DNA from: Pseudovirgaria hyperparasitica
Taxonomy: Eukaryota
Strand: one strand, 5' to 3'
NCBI GenBank assembly: GCA_010093815.1
Contig: ML996569.1
Length of the DNA: 64,000 nucleotides
Of the stretch, positions 48,710 to 61,132 are shown piece by piece. Position numbers and translations under genes: made by a program. The notes beneath the pieces are model-generated. The model saw only the letters and a program-made list of their open reading frames with translations. It was not told the DNA's origin and made no database searches. Position 1 is the first letter of the stretch. Every line of letters starts with the position of its first letter.

Positions 48710-50093
48710 ATGTCGGACAAATATATCAAATGGTAAGTTTGACGCCCGCGGCTTCAGTCAGTATGTGCAAGTGCTAATGGAGGGCCCCGGTCTATGGTAG
48801 GGATGCCCCAGGCGTGGAAGTTGTCCAGCCCGGCGAGAAGGAGAAGATTCAGGAAGTATCGAATCAGTTCCAGCGCATGCAGATGATGAATTTCAACGAA
48901 CACCATCACTGTCTGCGCGGAACACATTTGAAGACACAGGGTGTATGTTGCCTTCCATTCTCTTCGACAATGTCTCCTCCTTCAGCTCCACGGTTCCCTA
49001 TTCCTGTCTTCCACTCACCCAGCATACAACACGCTCACTGACTGACGGCTATACCAGTGCGTCATGGGCAAATTCTACGTCAACGACAACCTCCCAGCCC
49101 ACCTCGCACAAGGCATGTTCGCCAAGCCAGGCGCCTACGACGTAATCATGCGCTACTCCTCGCTCACGCCCAAGCTGGTACCCGACAACATCCCCGCGCC
49201 GCGCGGCATCGGCATGAAGATCTTCGGCGTCGAAGGCGAGAAGATCTGGGGCGAGGACAAGCACACGCAGGACTGGACCATGAACAACTACCCCGTGTTG
49301 GAGCTGCGCGACCCAAAGACGACAAACGAGATTGCGGACAGCTTGGAGCGCAACTGGGACGACCTGCCTACATTTGCAAAGGAGTGTGCGGCGAGGCCGG
49401 ATGCAGAGTTGGCGTGTTTGCCGGCGAGATTGCCGAGGCAGCATAGTGAGTTTTTTTGTAACTTCTGATATGTGTGTGGTGGCTAGGGGAGAAAAGCGTG
49501 CTGATGGATCTTGCGATATAGTGTTTGCCATGCCCGAGTACTCGCAGTCTGCATACCGCTTTGGCGACTACGTTGCTAAATTTGGCGTCTTTCCACTCGG
49601 CGAAGAGCAGAAGAAGTGGGAAGACAAGCTCATTGGAGAGAACGAGCCGATCAACATCATCTCTCAGGGCCTGCGCGACTTCCACATGAAGCACAAAGTC
49701 ACGTATTCTTTCTGCGCGCAGCTGCTACAGAACCTCGACGATCAGCCTGTCGACGACATTGGCATCGAATGGGACGCCAACAAGTACCCCTTTGAGCAAC
49801 TTGGCTATCTCGAGTTTGAGCCGCAGGATAGCTGGCTGCCGGAGTTTCGGGTTTGGTGGGATGACCGGATCACAGTCAATAGCTGGCACGGCTTGAAGGT
49901 GCACCAGCCGCTGGGCGGCACCAATCGCATGCGTCGCGTCGTGTATGCGGAGAGTAGGAAGTTGAGGTTGAGAGTGAATGGGCATAAGGACTATATCGAG
50001 CCAGCCAGTGTAAACGAGGTTCCTGCACCTGTAGCGCCGCCTCAGGTACCGGCGAGACAGAGTGCAATCTCTACCGTGGAAGCGGCAGCATAA
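48710..50093 (+). CDS. Small heme catalase-like protein (y4iL-like / catalase-related allene oxide synthase-like); 3 introns
   Basis: MSDKYIKW/DAPGVE; distal RGTHLKTQG/CVMG; MRYSS; PRGIGMKIFGV; QDWTMNN; YSQSAYRFGDYVAKF; proximal HQPLGGTNRMRRVVYAES (RxxxY). Confidence 0.88.
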
Positions 50094-50228
50094 GGAAGGA
50101 GAACCTAACTCGTGTATACACGATGATTCATAATGTGATGCGCTTTGATAACTGAACCCTCCAAGTCTCTAAACATCGTCCTGGAATTCATCTTTGGCGA
50201 CGATCCGAGCTTTCAGTACAGTGAGAAC

Positions 50229-52400
50229 CTAGACCTCTTGACTTGTACCGATATCGTTTCTGTGTATCGCGCCTGGGAGTGTATTCTTGTGTGCTTCCTC
50301 GGTAGAGCTACGATACGCGGGCTTCTTCGACTTCTTTAGCAACCGCCAGCCCATTCTGTCGCCTGGGTTTGACCGTGTAGCCCAGCCATCCGTAATCTGT
50401 TGTTTCGTTTGCGATATCTTGGTCCTTTCCTTCTTTTCAATGCCAAGCGTCTGTCTCAGAAAGTCACGGACGGCACTCTGCGTCGTGATAAGAGCAATAG
50501 CCATGATCAGAAACGATATAGGTAATGCAGCGGAAAAATACAAGCGGAAACTCTCTATGAGTGCGCCCACATCAGGTTGGATGCTGAATAGTGAGGCGAT
50601 GTACCCTAGAGGTATGAAGAAAGTGGCGAGCCATGTCAAGCGAGCAATATTTGTATTGTTTTCTTGCTCGCGTCTAGTGTCGATGATGGATATAGTAGCG
50701 GTCACGATGCTTGTTAGCCGTTCGATATGTGTTTGATGTTCGCACATAGTCGAGTGAGCCTCTGCAAAATCCTGGAGTATGGTAGGATACGAGTCAGGAG
50801 CGTCTCTCGCATCCGGAACAGTGCAATTGGGATCCATCAACGCCTCGATGTAACGCTTGTGTGGCGTCACATCGGCCAACCGTTTGAACAGCTCCTCGAG
50901 CATCTGGCGATACAGTGGAACTAGCCGTCGCCAGACGTGAAGCTTCCGGAGAGGAGGATCGACGCCGGCTTTCTTTGCTGGTAAGAACTCGTCAGGAAAA
51001 GCAATCTCCCAATCGATCTGGATCAGCCGAGTACGGATGTATTCCGCAAGAGTAAGCCAGTTGGAGCAGATCAGATGCATAAGGGCTTGCATGGGTACAT
51101 TGTTGCTTAAGTCAGAAGTGATCGTCGTCTGCGAAGGAGGCAGGGCAAAAGCGGCAGGCCGTTCAGCCCAGTAGACAACGTCATCGAAGAGGGGCGTTTG
51201 GGGCGCTCCACGGTCAGGCATGAAATAGGAGTCAGAAGTATTCGATGATGACTGTCTTCTATTGTTGCGTTCTGCCGTGGATTTCGTGTTGTCCTGTACT
51301 GAGGTTCCGTCTTTAGACTGAGCGATTATATCTTCTGGTAGCGGAGTCTCCTCCCAATCACGATAACCATACCAGAGTGGATTTCCGGCTTTGATGCTGG
51401 GATCCACTAGCATGATACCTGGTCAAAATATCAGTACATATGAGTCGTACCATTCGAGCGATGTGATGGTTACCAATTGCAGCCTTTCCGGGGACAGCAG
51501 GTTGCAACCAGAAGGACGCCCGCGATCTGGTCAGACCAACGACGGTTCCACGAGTGTCCCAGTGGCCCTCGCCATTTTGATCATCATCCGGTCTTCTAGC
51601 CACGTTAAAATGACCTGCTTGCTCCTTTGCTAGCTTGAACTCTTCTCCATTTTCGAAATAGCGTGGCGTAACGTAGCGAAGTTGTATCCACCGTTGCTTC
51701 TTGCGGACTGAAGTTAGTTTCGGTGGATGTGCCCATCTATCACGGACATTACACCACGCATAGTCTAACATGTGCTCCCTGAAGAATTCTGGTTCAACGC
51801 GGTACTTGCATCCTAGTGCTTCGATAACATCGCGAGAGAGATCTTCAACAACGTAGAGGCGCATTCCAGAGGCCAGATCAGTTTCCCTGAGGCCACTATG
51901 AAGACTTTTGGTGTCAACATAGTCGGTTCTCACTGGCCTGACACCATCATTGAGGTAGTCAAGTCGAGCAATTTTGACACGCCTCCACCGCTCAATGCGA
52001 CTATCGACCTTCATTCGCAAATCTGGCCATTGCAGAGGCGTCGTACCAATCTCCATAAAATCGGCGAGTAGTCTCAAATGTGGCCATCTGGTAGACAGCT
52101 TCTTGACCTGCTTTATGTAATGGTGGTCGTCTTCGTGGGAATTGCTGGAGGGAAGTTAGCTTGCCGGCTTTTGACTTAGCTACCACTAACATACGTGGTG
52201 ATGTCCCATTGATTTTGATACTTCTTGATTGTAAGACTATCGAAAATATCACCAGTCAAATATGCTTGGTTCTGCAAGTTTTGATCAAAATATTTGCGCT
52301 GCTTGGGTTCCTTCTGAGCATTGCGTAGCGTTTCGATTGGATCGTGACTACCAAGAATGCGACCACGCTCAGCCTGCCGCACATCTGAATTGTCACCCAT
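50229..52400 (-). CDS. Fungal CorA-like membrane protein (two C-terminal TM helices); 2 introns
   Basis: Exon 1 MGDNSDVRQ..., intron 52145-52194. RLYVVEDLSRDVIEALG..VEPEFFREH; coiled helices; C-terminal NIARLTWLATFFIPLGYIASLFSI..FRLYFSAALPISFLIMAIALI matches the CorA TM1/TM2 layout. Confidence 0.78.
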
Positions 52401-53269
52401 GGTTAGAAGTACGATGAGGCCGCAGAGACCCAGCAAACACACCACTCGAGGCTCCCAGCGCCTCTTATCTACGCGTTTCAGCACAAGGCTGCGCTCCGAC
52501 GTCTCTAGAGCGACACTAGCTGGGGGCGATAATATGAACCCAGCAGTAGCTGTATTACAGCATATGCGGCGTCCATAATGACCAACCGATCAGAGGCCCT
52601 CTGCTGACTCAATAGTGGAGCAGGAGAGTGGCTGAGACAGTGCTATGCCGTATATGAGGATAAGCGATCCTTGTATGGCTTGCGGTCAGAAGCAGATGAA
52701 ATCTTTGAGGCTGAAGCAGTAATGACCACTAGTTTAGCGCTGTAGAACTCGCTTTCGCACATCGTTCCCGATGATAAGTTTAGTCATTGGCCGTACGAGC
52801 CAAAGTTAATGAGACAGTCATAAGCAGCATGGAAGTGAGATCAATAATAATGCGAAACTTATATTTTTTAACATTCACTCTGATGACCCGGAACGGACTA
52901 GATTGAGTATCAGATTGATGGTGGCCTGAGGCAGACAACCCCATTCCATTTGCGGGGACATAGGTAGCTACGTAAGGCTGAAGCTCTGTCTCGCTGGACA
53001 AAACCTCAAGTCCTCGAACATCTACTGCTTCAAATCACCTCCTTCAGTAACGAAGTTTCGTCCCCTCTCTACTCCTCTGTCAGAAAACTCATATTGATTT
53101 CTGGCAGTTTCTTTGTTGTTCTATACATTTTATGCAACACTGCAAGCATACCACCTACATTCTTACGTGCTACCTGTCCCTAACATCCTGCTGCCTTGAC
53201 CACTAAAACGTCTCTCCCATACCTCTCTACTTCTCTTATGAACTAGACTGTGGTGAACACCAATTCAAG

Positions 53270-55858
53270 ATGTTCAATCGGAACAACATTCCCTCCATGC
53301 CAAATCCTTTTGGCTCACGACCCGATGCTTCTCAGCGCCCCTCGCAGCACAACTACGACCGAGCCCCGCAGCAGCAACCCCCTCCGAACAGACAGCAAGG
53401 TGGATATGATCCTCGAATGGGTGGCGGCTATTCAGATCAAGCTCCGCAGTACGGTGGCCAGCCAGGGATGCCCCCGCGACGAGCACCACCACAGCAACAA
53501 GGACGAGGCCAGAGTGAGAACGTAGTGCAGCTGAGACCCATAAAAAGCCCTGGAGGCAATGCTTTTGCGTTTGGCAATCTGTAAGTATCGCAAACCGTGA
53601 GGCAACATAGCGTGGAGCTAACGAAAGCAACAGCGCTGCTGTATGTCCGCAAGATTTCCCTTCAGCCCAAGGCGACATATATATCCTTATCAACGGCACC
53701 TATGTGCTGACTGCTCGACCTACGAGTGGGTGTCAGCCACGGGAAATCGGGCTCACAGATGCACAACGGACTTGGGCCGGAATCACACTTGGTCCCAATG
53801 AAATCGTCAATGTTTCGACTTACGATGCTTTCGGGCCAAACTCGTTGTATTTGGGAAACATTAGTGTAGAAGTGGGATTCGCAAGCCGAAAGAGCACAGA
53901 TACGCAGTACGACCAGGATGAGCTCGCGGCGCAGGTCATAAAAACATTTTCAGAGCAAATGCTTGCGCCAGGGCAATCGCTACTCATGGACTACAAGAAT
54001 ATTCCACTCCGACTCAACGTCAAGTCTGTCGAGTTGACGGATTTGGCTTCTATTGAGAAGCAGGGTGCGGGAGCTGGTCAAACACGATCAGACCCTCAAG
54101 CTCGTGGGTTCTTGTTTAATCAAACCAAGATCGACTTCTTCAAGGACCCTCGGAGCGAAATCAAGCTGAAGCCGTCGAACAGGAGGCCAGCTGCAAATTC
54201 AATCATCACGCCTGATTTTAAATTTGAAGCGATGGGCATAGGTGGTCTAGACAACGAGTTTAGTGCTATCTTTCGAAGGGCCTTTGCATCTCGCATCTTT
54301 CCCCCAGGTCTAGTAGATCGTCTCGGAATTCAGCATGTTCGAGGTATGTTGCTTTACGGACCGCCAGGTACTGGTAAGACTTTGATTGCTCGGCAAATTG
54401 GGAAAATGCTCAACGCGAGGGAGCCTAAGGTCATTAATGGACCTGAAGTCCTCAACAAGTATGTTGGAGCTTCGGAAGAGAATATCCGGAAGCTGTTTGC
54501 CGATGCAGAGAAAGAGTACAAAGAGAAGGGCGACGAAAGTGGCCTGCATATCATCATCTTTGATGAGTTGGACGCAGTTTGTAAGCAGAGAGGTAGTGGT
54601 GCCGGTGGTGGTACTGGTGTCGGTGACTCTGTTGTCAATCAGTTGCTTTCCAAGCTAGATGGAGTCGACCAACTGAATAACATTCTTCTGATTGGTATGA
54701 CCAATCGTATGGATATGATTGATGAGGCACTGCTTCGTGCAGGTCGTCTGGAGGTCCACATGGAAATATCGCTCCCAGATGAGCACGGACGGCATCAGAT
54801 TCTTAACATTCACACGACAAAGATGAGGACCAATAAGATAATGGACACAGATGTAGATCTGGCGGAGCTCGCAAAGGTGACAAAGTAAGGCAAAACATGT
54901 ACCGAAGTCTGACGCATCTGACCATTCTAGGAACTTTTCTGGAGCTGAAATCAGTGGTCTGGTGAAAGCCGCATCCAGTTTCGCATTCTCGCGACACATT
55001 AAAGTCGGCACTATGGCTGGCATCAAGGACGACGTGGAGAACATGAAGGTAAACCGAAGCGATTTCATCAACGCTTTAGACGAAGTGAAACCTCTCTTTG
55101 GTGTTTCAGAGGAAGAGATCACGAAGCGTATCAATCGCGGCATTATCCACTATTCACCCTTCATCGACAATATCCTCCAGCAGGGCCGCTTGTTTGTAAA
55201 TCAAGTCCGGGCAACCGACAATGCAACGTCTATGCTTTCGGTTCTTGTTCATGGACCACCTGGCTCTGGTAAAACTGCGCTGGCGGCTAAAATTGCCATC
55301 GATTCTGAAGCCCCTTTTATCAAACTGATCAGCCCCGGCGACATGATCGGGTATAGCGAAATGCAAAAAGTTCAACAGTTCGATAAGATTTTCCGGGACG
55401 CATACAAGTCCCCAATGAGTGTTATCGTCATCGACAACATCGAGCTCCTCCTTGACTGGGTATCTGTCGGCCCGCGCTTCAGCAATACCTGTCTCGTGGC
55501 GCTCAAGGCCCTCCTGGAGAAACAGCCGCCTAAGGATCGCCGTCTGATCATTCTGGCGACAACCACAGAGCGCTCGGTCATGCAGCAACTCAACCTCCGC
55601 TTCAATCAGCAGATCGCGGTGCCCAACGTCAATAAACAAGAGGAGCTGGCGAACATCTTGAAACAGAGCAGCAAGTTCGAGGACGAAGATATCCGCAGGG
55701 CGATTGGTGAGATACAGGAGGTGACCGGATCGAAATCGATTGGTGTCGGTATCAAAGATGTTTTGTTGGGTATTGAGACGGCTACCTCTAGCGGAGGCGA
55801 TGATCTTGCAGGGACGTTTGCTAGTGTCATGACCGGGAAGATTGCAGAGAACTTATAG
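53270..55858 (+). CDS. SEC18: Vesicle-fusion AAA+ ATPase Sec18/NSF
   Basis: MGIGGLDNEFSAIFRRAFASR, GPPGTGKT, IIIFDELDAVCKQRG, GMTNR and second Walker A GPPGSGKT; introns 53581-53633 and 54885-54930. Confidence 0.97.
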
Positions 55859-55930
55859 AGTATACGGACATCAGAAGTGTTGATAGATAAGAAATATAAG
55901 AAACACGTGATTGGAATATGACAATCCATC

Positions 55931-55978
55931 CGCAGAAGTCGACGAGCCACAAATCGCAGAAGTCGACGAGCCACAAAT
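55931..55978. repeat. Perfect 24-bp tandem duplication between the convergent SEC18 and MAD1 3' ends
   Basis: CGCAGAAGTCGACGAGCCACAAAT twice. Confidence 0.92.
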
Positions 55979-56180
55979 CTGGCAAGTTGCGTCGAGTATG
56001 TAATCCATGTCTGATATAGAGGTAGAAACTACGATGATTGCCCTGTAAATGACGAAGACATGAGTATTTATCCCTCCCATCCCACAGAACTCGATCTGGA
56101 TATAGTCTCTCACTCCTACTAATTAGCCAATACAGCACCCAAACTCCGTACATACACACACATATCGGAACCCCTTACGC

Positions 56181-58462
56181 CTAGACCGCAGCAGCAGCCT
56201 CCTCCTTCGCCCTCGACTTGCGATCATAAAACTCCAAGGTCATAGCCGCCAAAAAGCACGGAATCTCCTTCCTCCCATCCACCCAATAATCAATCATCTC
56301 GCGAATCTCGCCGGCAAAGCGACTCTTCGGCCCACCGCTAACCTTCATCTCGCCCTTCTCGCCATCAAACACGATGCTGTTCTCGCCCGTCTCCTCGTCG
56401 CCGGGGTAGAACATGCTAGTCACGCGCACGCGGCCGTTGGGCATAAAGTCCATTTTGTAGCCCATCAGGCTGGCGACAGCTTCGCGGAACTCGTTTGCCT
56501 TGGCGCCCCAGATCTGCTTGAGGCGCATCATGCGTTTGTCGCGGTCGGCGATGGTGCGTTCGAGGTCGGCGACTTGGTCCTTTGTCCGGAGGAGGGTGGA
56601 TGTGGGGACGGAGTTGAGGTCGTCGATGGAGCCGGAGGAGAGGCGGGCGAGGAGGGCGGTGTTTTCGTCGCGGAGGTTCTTGAGGGTTTCGAGCTTGATT
56701 GCTTCGGCGCGGGCGGTTGGGTTGGCGCGGAGTTCGAGGATGCGGGTGCGTGAGGCGGATTTGAGGGAGGAGATTTGCTTTGTTGAGGCTCGGAGGTCGG
56801 TTTCGAGGTGGGTTGTCTTCTTCTGGAGCGCGGTGATCTCGTCTTGGAGGGCGCGGTTCTTGCGCGTCAGTTCGCCGACGCGTTCGTTGACGTCGGGGTC
56901 GAGGGGTCGCTTCTTGGGGGTCATGGCGAGGGTTAGGGGCTCGCTGGGAGGGGCTTGTAGTTGTTTCCTTTCGAGCTCTGCGAGATCTTTGTTTGCGGTC
57001 TGCAGCTCGTTGCGATACTGGTCAACGAGGTTCTCCAGTTCTTGGAGGCGCTGGGCCTTTTGCGCATCTGCCTCCTCTCCCTCGGCCTCTTCTTCGATCC
57101 CATAAGCATTCAGTTGAGCGCGTAAGTACTCTGCCTCTTTCACCGCGAGATTGCGCTGCCTCTCGAGGCGCAGTCGAGCTTTGTTGTCACCAGCGGAAGC
57201 TGTATTACCAGCCCCTGCAGCACGCAACTTGTCTAGTTCTGTTGTCAAGCTGGCCTTGTCTTCCTCGAGCGACTGGATTGTCTCATCTCGGACGGTAAGT
57301 TCTGGCTGGATTTTCCCAAGTTTGTCCATGAGGGACGCTGTCTCCATCCGTTCCTGGATGAACGCTCGGGCGAGTTGCTCTGGCGACTCGAATTGCAGGT
57401 CGCCATGGGACGACGCTTCGCTTTCGAGATAAGACGCCCACGCGTCTCGTTCATCTTCGAGGGCCTGCTTCTTCATCTGCACTTCGCCTAATTCTCTTCT
57501 CAGGTCGCCTATTGCTGCAAGCTTGTTCTCCAATGCATGTTTCTCTTCCCTCACAACCTCGACTGCCTTGTAGTTCTTTTGATAGCCCTTTAGCTCCGCA
57601 AGGAGGTCCCGATTTGTCGCTTCCAGCTTTTTGATATGCGTGACTTGTTCAGACAGCTCCCTTCGTACCACTGCTAGCTCCTCGGAGCCACCGCCTTGTG
57701 CTTTCAATTGTATCACTTCGCTTTCCAGCTTACCACATTCCTCCTCCTTTTGAGCGAGACGTTGCTGTGTTATCTGGAGCGCATTCGTTTTGTTCGTGGC
57801 ATCCTCCTGTAGATCATTTACTGAGCTAGACAATGCGTTGAATCTTGTTTCCAGGTCATTATATCTGTGCTTGCCCTGTCGCTCCAATGACTGCAGTTCC
57901 GATTGCGCCTCCTCGGTCTCCTCTTGCAATTGCTGGTTCTGGTCCTGGAGTGCGCGCACTTTTTTCTCTAGCGCTATCTTCTCGTTTGCGCTCGTTGTTT
58001 GGATCTCTTGCAGCTCGCGACTCAAGGCATCATACCTTGACGTGGAGGACTTGTTGCTACTAGCAGCTTCCTGGAGATCTGTCAGCCGCCTGTACTTCAT
58101 CCATTGCTCATACCATTACCTGCGCGCGCCGATATTCTGCTTCTGCCTTGTTTTGTGCATCGCGAATCTCTTGTGCATAGCGCAGCCTCTCAAGCTCCCG
58201 TTCTTGCTTCAACGAGTCCAGCTCATACTGCAGTGTATTCAATTGCGCTCGTAGATCCTCGTTGTTTGTATCTAGTTACCAGTCAGCGACAACAAATGGA
58301 CCCAAGCTGTAGCTTCGACAACAAACCTGCTCTTGCAATTTGCGATTGCCGTAGAGTATCTTTCAATGGCTCTCTGGGAGCTACTTGTGACGTCGCAGCG
58401 GCTGGCGATATCGGTGCCCCGGTAAAGAAATCATACTGAGGCTGATTGCGCGAGGGCGCCAT
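56181..58462 (-). CDS. MAD1: Spindle assembly checkpoint protein Mad1
   Basis: MAPSRNQPQYDFF exon, NEDLRAQLNTLQYELDSLKQERE exon, long coiled coil, Mad2-binding RILELRANPT, RLK motif (KRMMRLKQIW), FREAVASLMGY and IPCFLAAMTLE; two introns. Confidence 0.93.
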
Positions 58463-58822
58463 GGTACATGTGTCGCGGGGCGATGTTTTGATTCCTTCTC
58501 CTCCAGTCGCAGCGCACAAAGGCACAGCATGCGCAGTGCTCAGTTTGGAGATAAATAGGTCAAGCTGAAGACTGGTGAACGATACAGTGCATTTGCGGGT
58601 TAGCGTAGACTCCGCCCATGTATTCAGGACATGCGCACGCAACTACAAGCAGCAGAGTACCAAGGTAGCTCGATACAAGGTCCGTGCGTGGGGACGGATA
58701 TTAAGTTCCTGCCTGGCCAGGCGACAACATACACGCGCTCACGTGTTAGCGCGTATTACCAATTCAGGCCGTCTCCTCAAAGACATCATCTCGCCCTTAC
58801 CACTGAAAAGCGAGTATGGAGC

Positions 58823-60458
58823 ATGGATGCGTTTGTGTCCCGCAAACGGCGGCGTGCTGCCACGCCTGACGTTGTACCGGAGGCCTGCATATCTCCTCCA
58901 CACACGGACGAGGACGACTCGACCGATGTGAAACTGGCTCTCCTGGCTTCACTGCACCCGGACTGTCCCCAGGAAGCACTACTGGACGCTCTTCTGTCCC
59001 ATGAAGGGTCCGTCGAGGATGCCTCCCGGGCTTTGGGAGATGATGATGATGATGCTGTAGTAATACCCGGAGGCGCGATAGCGTCCCCTAGGAAGAAGGA
59101 GTATCTTTGGAAGAATGGCCCGGGGTATCAGTCGTCCATTTCATCATTTAGTAAACAGGCCTCAGACGGAGGTGCTTCCCCTGGGAGCATGAAGAGATTA
59201 ATGACCCGAAAGGGCAGGACATTACACCTATATGCTCCCAAAGATATCGAGAATCACACGCCGTGCTCCATCATACATAACTTCCTCCCCAGCGAGACGG
59301 CAGATGCTCTGCTCCTGGAACTGCTAGGGGATGCGCCGACATTCTATAAGGGCAAGTTCAAGTTGTTTGATAGAGTGGTGGAAAGCCCGCACACGTTCGC
59401 GTTCTACGTCGATAGCTGGGAGGACGTAGAGCGACAGAAGCGGGAATACACATATAACGGCCAGGAGCTCAAGGATGTCCGTCGTCTCCTGCCTGAGATG
59501 CGGAGCGTCTCGAAGAACGTCGAAGACGCCGTGAATCTGGAGATCCAAAGACGCATACGGGACTTCCAGGGCGGACACCGCTTAAGATACCAAAGCCCAA
59601 AAGAGTGGAAGCCCAACACAGCATTCGTAAACTGCTACGACGGAGCAGCGCAAAAGTAAGTCCAGACTGCCCTTCCCCACCCCTGAATCCCCCACCCCCC
59701 CCTTTCCCAGACAAGACTCCATCTAACCGGCCAACCCACAGCGTCGGCTACCACGCCGACGAGCTCACCTACCTAGGCCCCCGCGCCATCATCGGCAGTC
59801 TCTCCCTCGGCGTCTCCCGCGAATTCCGCGTCCGCAAAACCATCGCCCGCGAAGACAAACCCCTGATCTCCAAACCCAGCAGTCACCTCCAGGACGACCC
59901 GGAGGGCCAGATCGCCATCCACCTCCCGCACAACTCCCTCCTGGTCATGCATGCGGACATGCAAGAGGAGTGGAAGCATTCCATCGCGCCCGCCCAGTCC
60001 ATCGATCCGCACCCGCTGGCCGGCAATAAGCGTCTCAACATCACGTATCGGTGCTACAAGGATGCGCTGCATCCGAAGTTCACACCGCGGTGTCGGTGTG
60101 GGATTCCGACTGTGCTGCGTTGTGTGCAGAAGAGGAAGGAGAGTCGGGGCAGGTATATGTGGTATGTGACGTCCAGCTTCGTGCCCCTATCCTCATCTCT
60201 GCCTCGTACTGACTCTCGATTGCCGTTCCAGGATGTGCCACGCACACTTCGCGCCAGACAAAGAAGGGCAAGCACACCATCTCTCTCTCTTTTCCGATCT
60301 ACGAACTCTTCAGGTCTGACATGCGTGCTATCAGATGTTCCTTCTTCCAGTGGGCCGAATTCGACGACGACGGGGAACCCCCATGGTCTGCGGCGTACAA
60401 GCAGCGCGCAGCGAAGCCAGCAGTCGGTCAAAGTGCTCCTACAGATGCCGTACAATAA
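58823..60458 (+). CDS. AlkB-like 2OG-Fe(II) oxygenase with CUE-like N-terminal domain and C-terminal GRF zinc finger; 3 introns
   Basis: MDAFVSRKRRR; STDVKLALLASL..LLDALLSHEGSVEDA (CUE-like); AFVNCYDG..VGYHADE (HxD), WKHSI, RLNITYR; CRCG..RGRYMW/MC..EG/CSFFQWAEFDDDGEP. Confidence 0.9.
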
Positions 60459-61132
60459 TTTTGATTGGTTTGTTGTCTGATTGGACTTTTGTCGCTGCTG
60501 ACACGGACGAAACCGCCGACGCGTGGAGTGTGGACATACATATTCACGCACTAGACCACTTTCAACCCCATACCGCCACCCCTTGCTGTTGAAAACATAG
60601 GCGAGAGTCTGCGTGGACGTAGACGTAGGGACTCCGCACATTTCACGTGAGGCAGTCATAGTCATGTGAGCCCTAAGGTCGAAGCTTAGTGGTTTTGCAT
60701 GTAAATATTAAGTAACATTGAGCTAGAGCGTGAGGTACTGAGTGTGTTGTGTAAATGTCTATATGCTAAAAATTCGACGTAGTGATTTGGGAATGTATAT
60801 ATGTATAGATATGGCATGATGCTGTGTAGGACTGCGATGAAAGCACGCGGTCAGGACTCAACATACGGGCAGAGAAGCAGCACTGGTGCGTGTATGTATA
60901 TGCATCAGCACGAACGATGATCATAACCAACACCTCCGTACACACACACAGAGAGAGAGAGACAAGATACAAACCGAGACGGACAGAAGAGGTTTGGTAT
61001 ATTACTTGCACACGGTCTATGCTGTAGAAAATTATTTTGCAGAAAAAGAAGCCCAAGGGACTCCGAGCATATGCAATACACCAACCATTCTACTTCACTC
61101 TACTGCAGGCAACCCCAATTGACGACCTGGAT

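Noticed and set aside
55931..55978. 24-bp direct repeat as a CRISPR or mobile-element end
   Set aside because: Only two adjacent copies with no spacer, in a eukaryotic 3' UTR region; a simple tandem duplication.
58631..58822. N-terminal extension of the AlkB-like ORF (likewise 24696-24797 for UTP20, 29465-29518 for DCD1 and 41739-41879 for the RBM42-like gene)
   Set aside because: These come from non-ATG or upstream starts in the ORF track; conserved-looking sequence begins at the downstream ATG.
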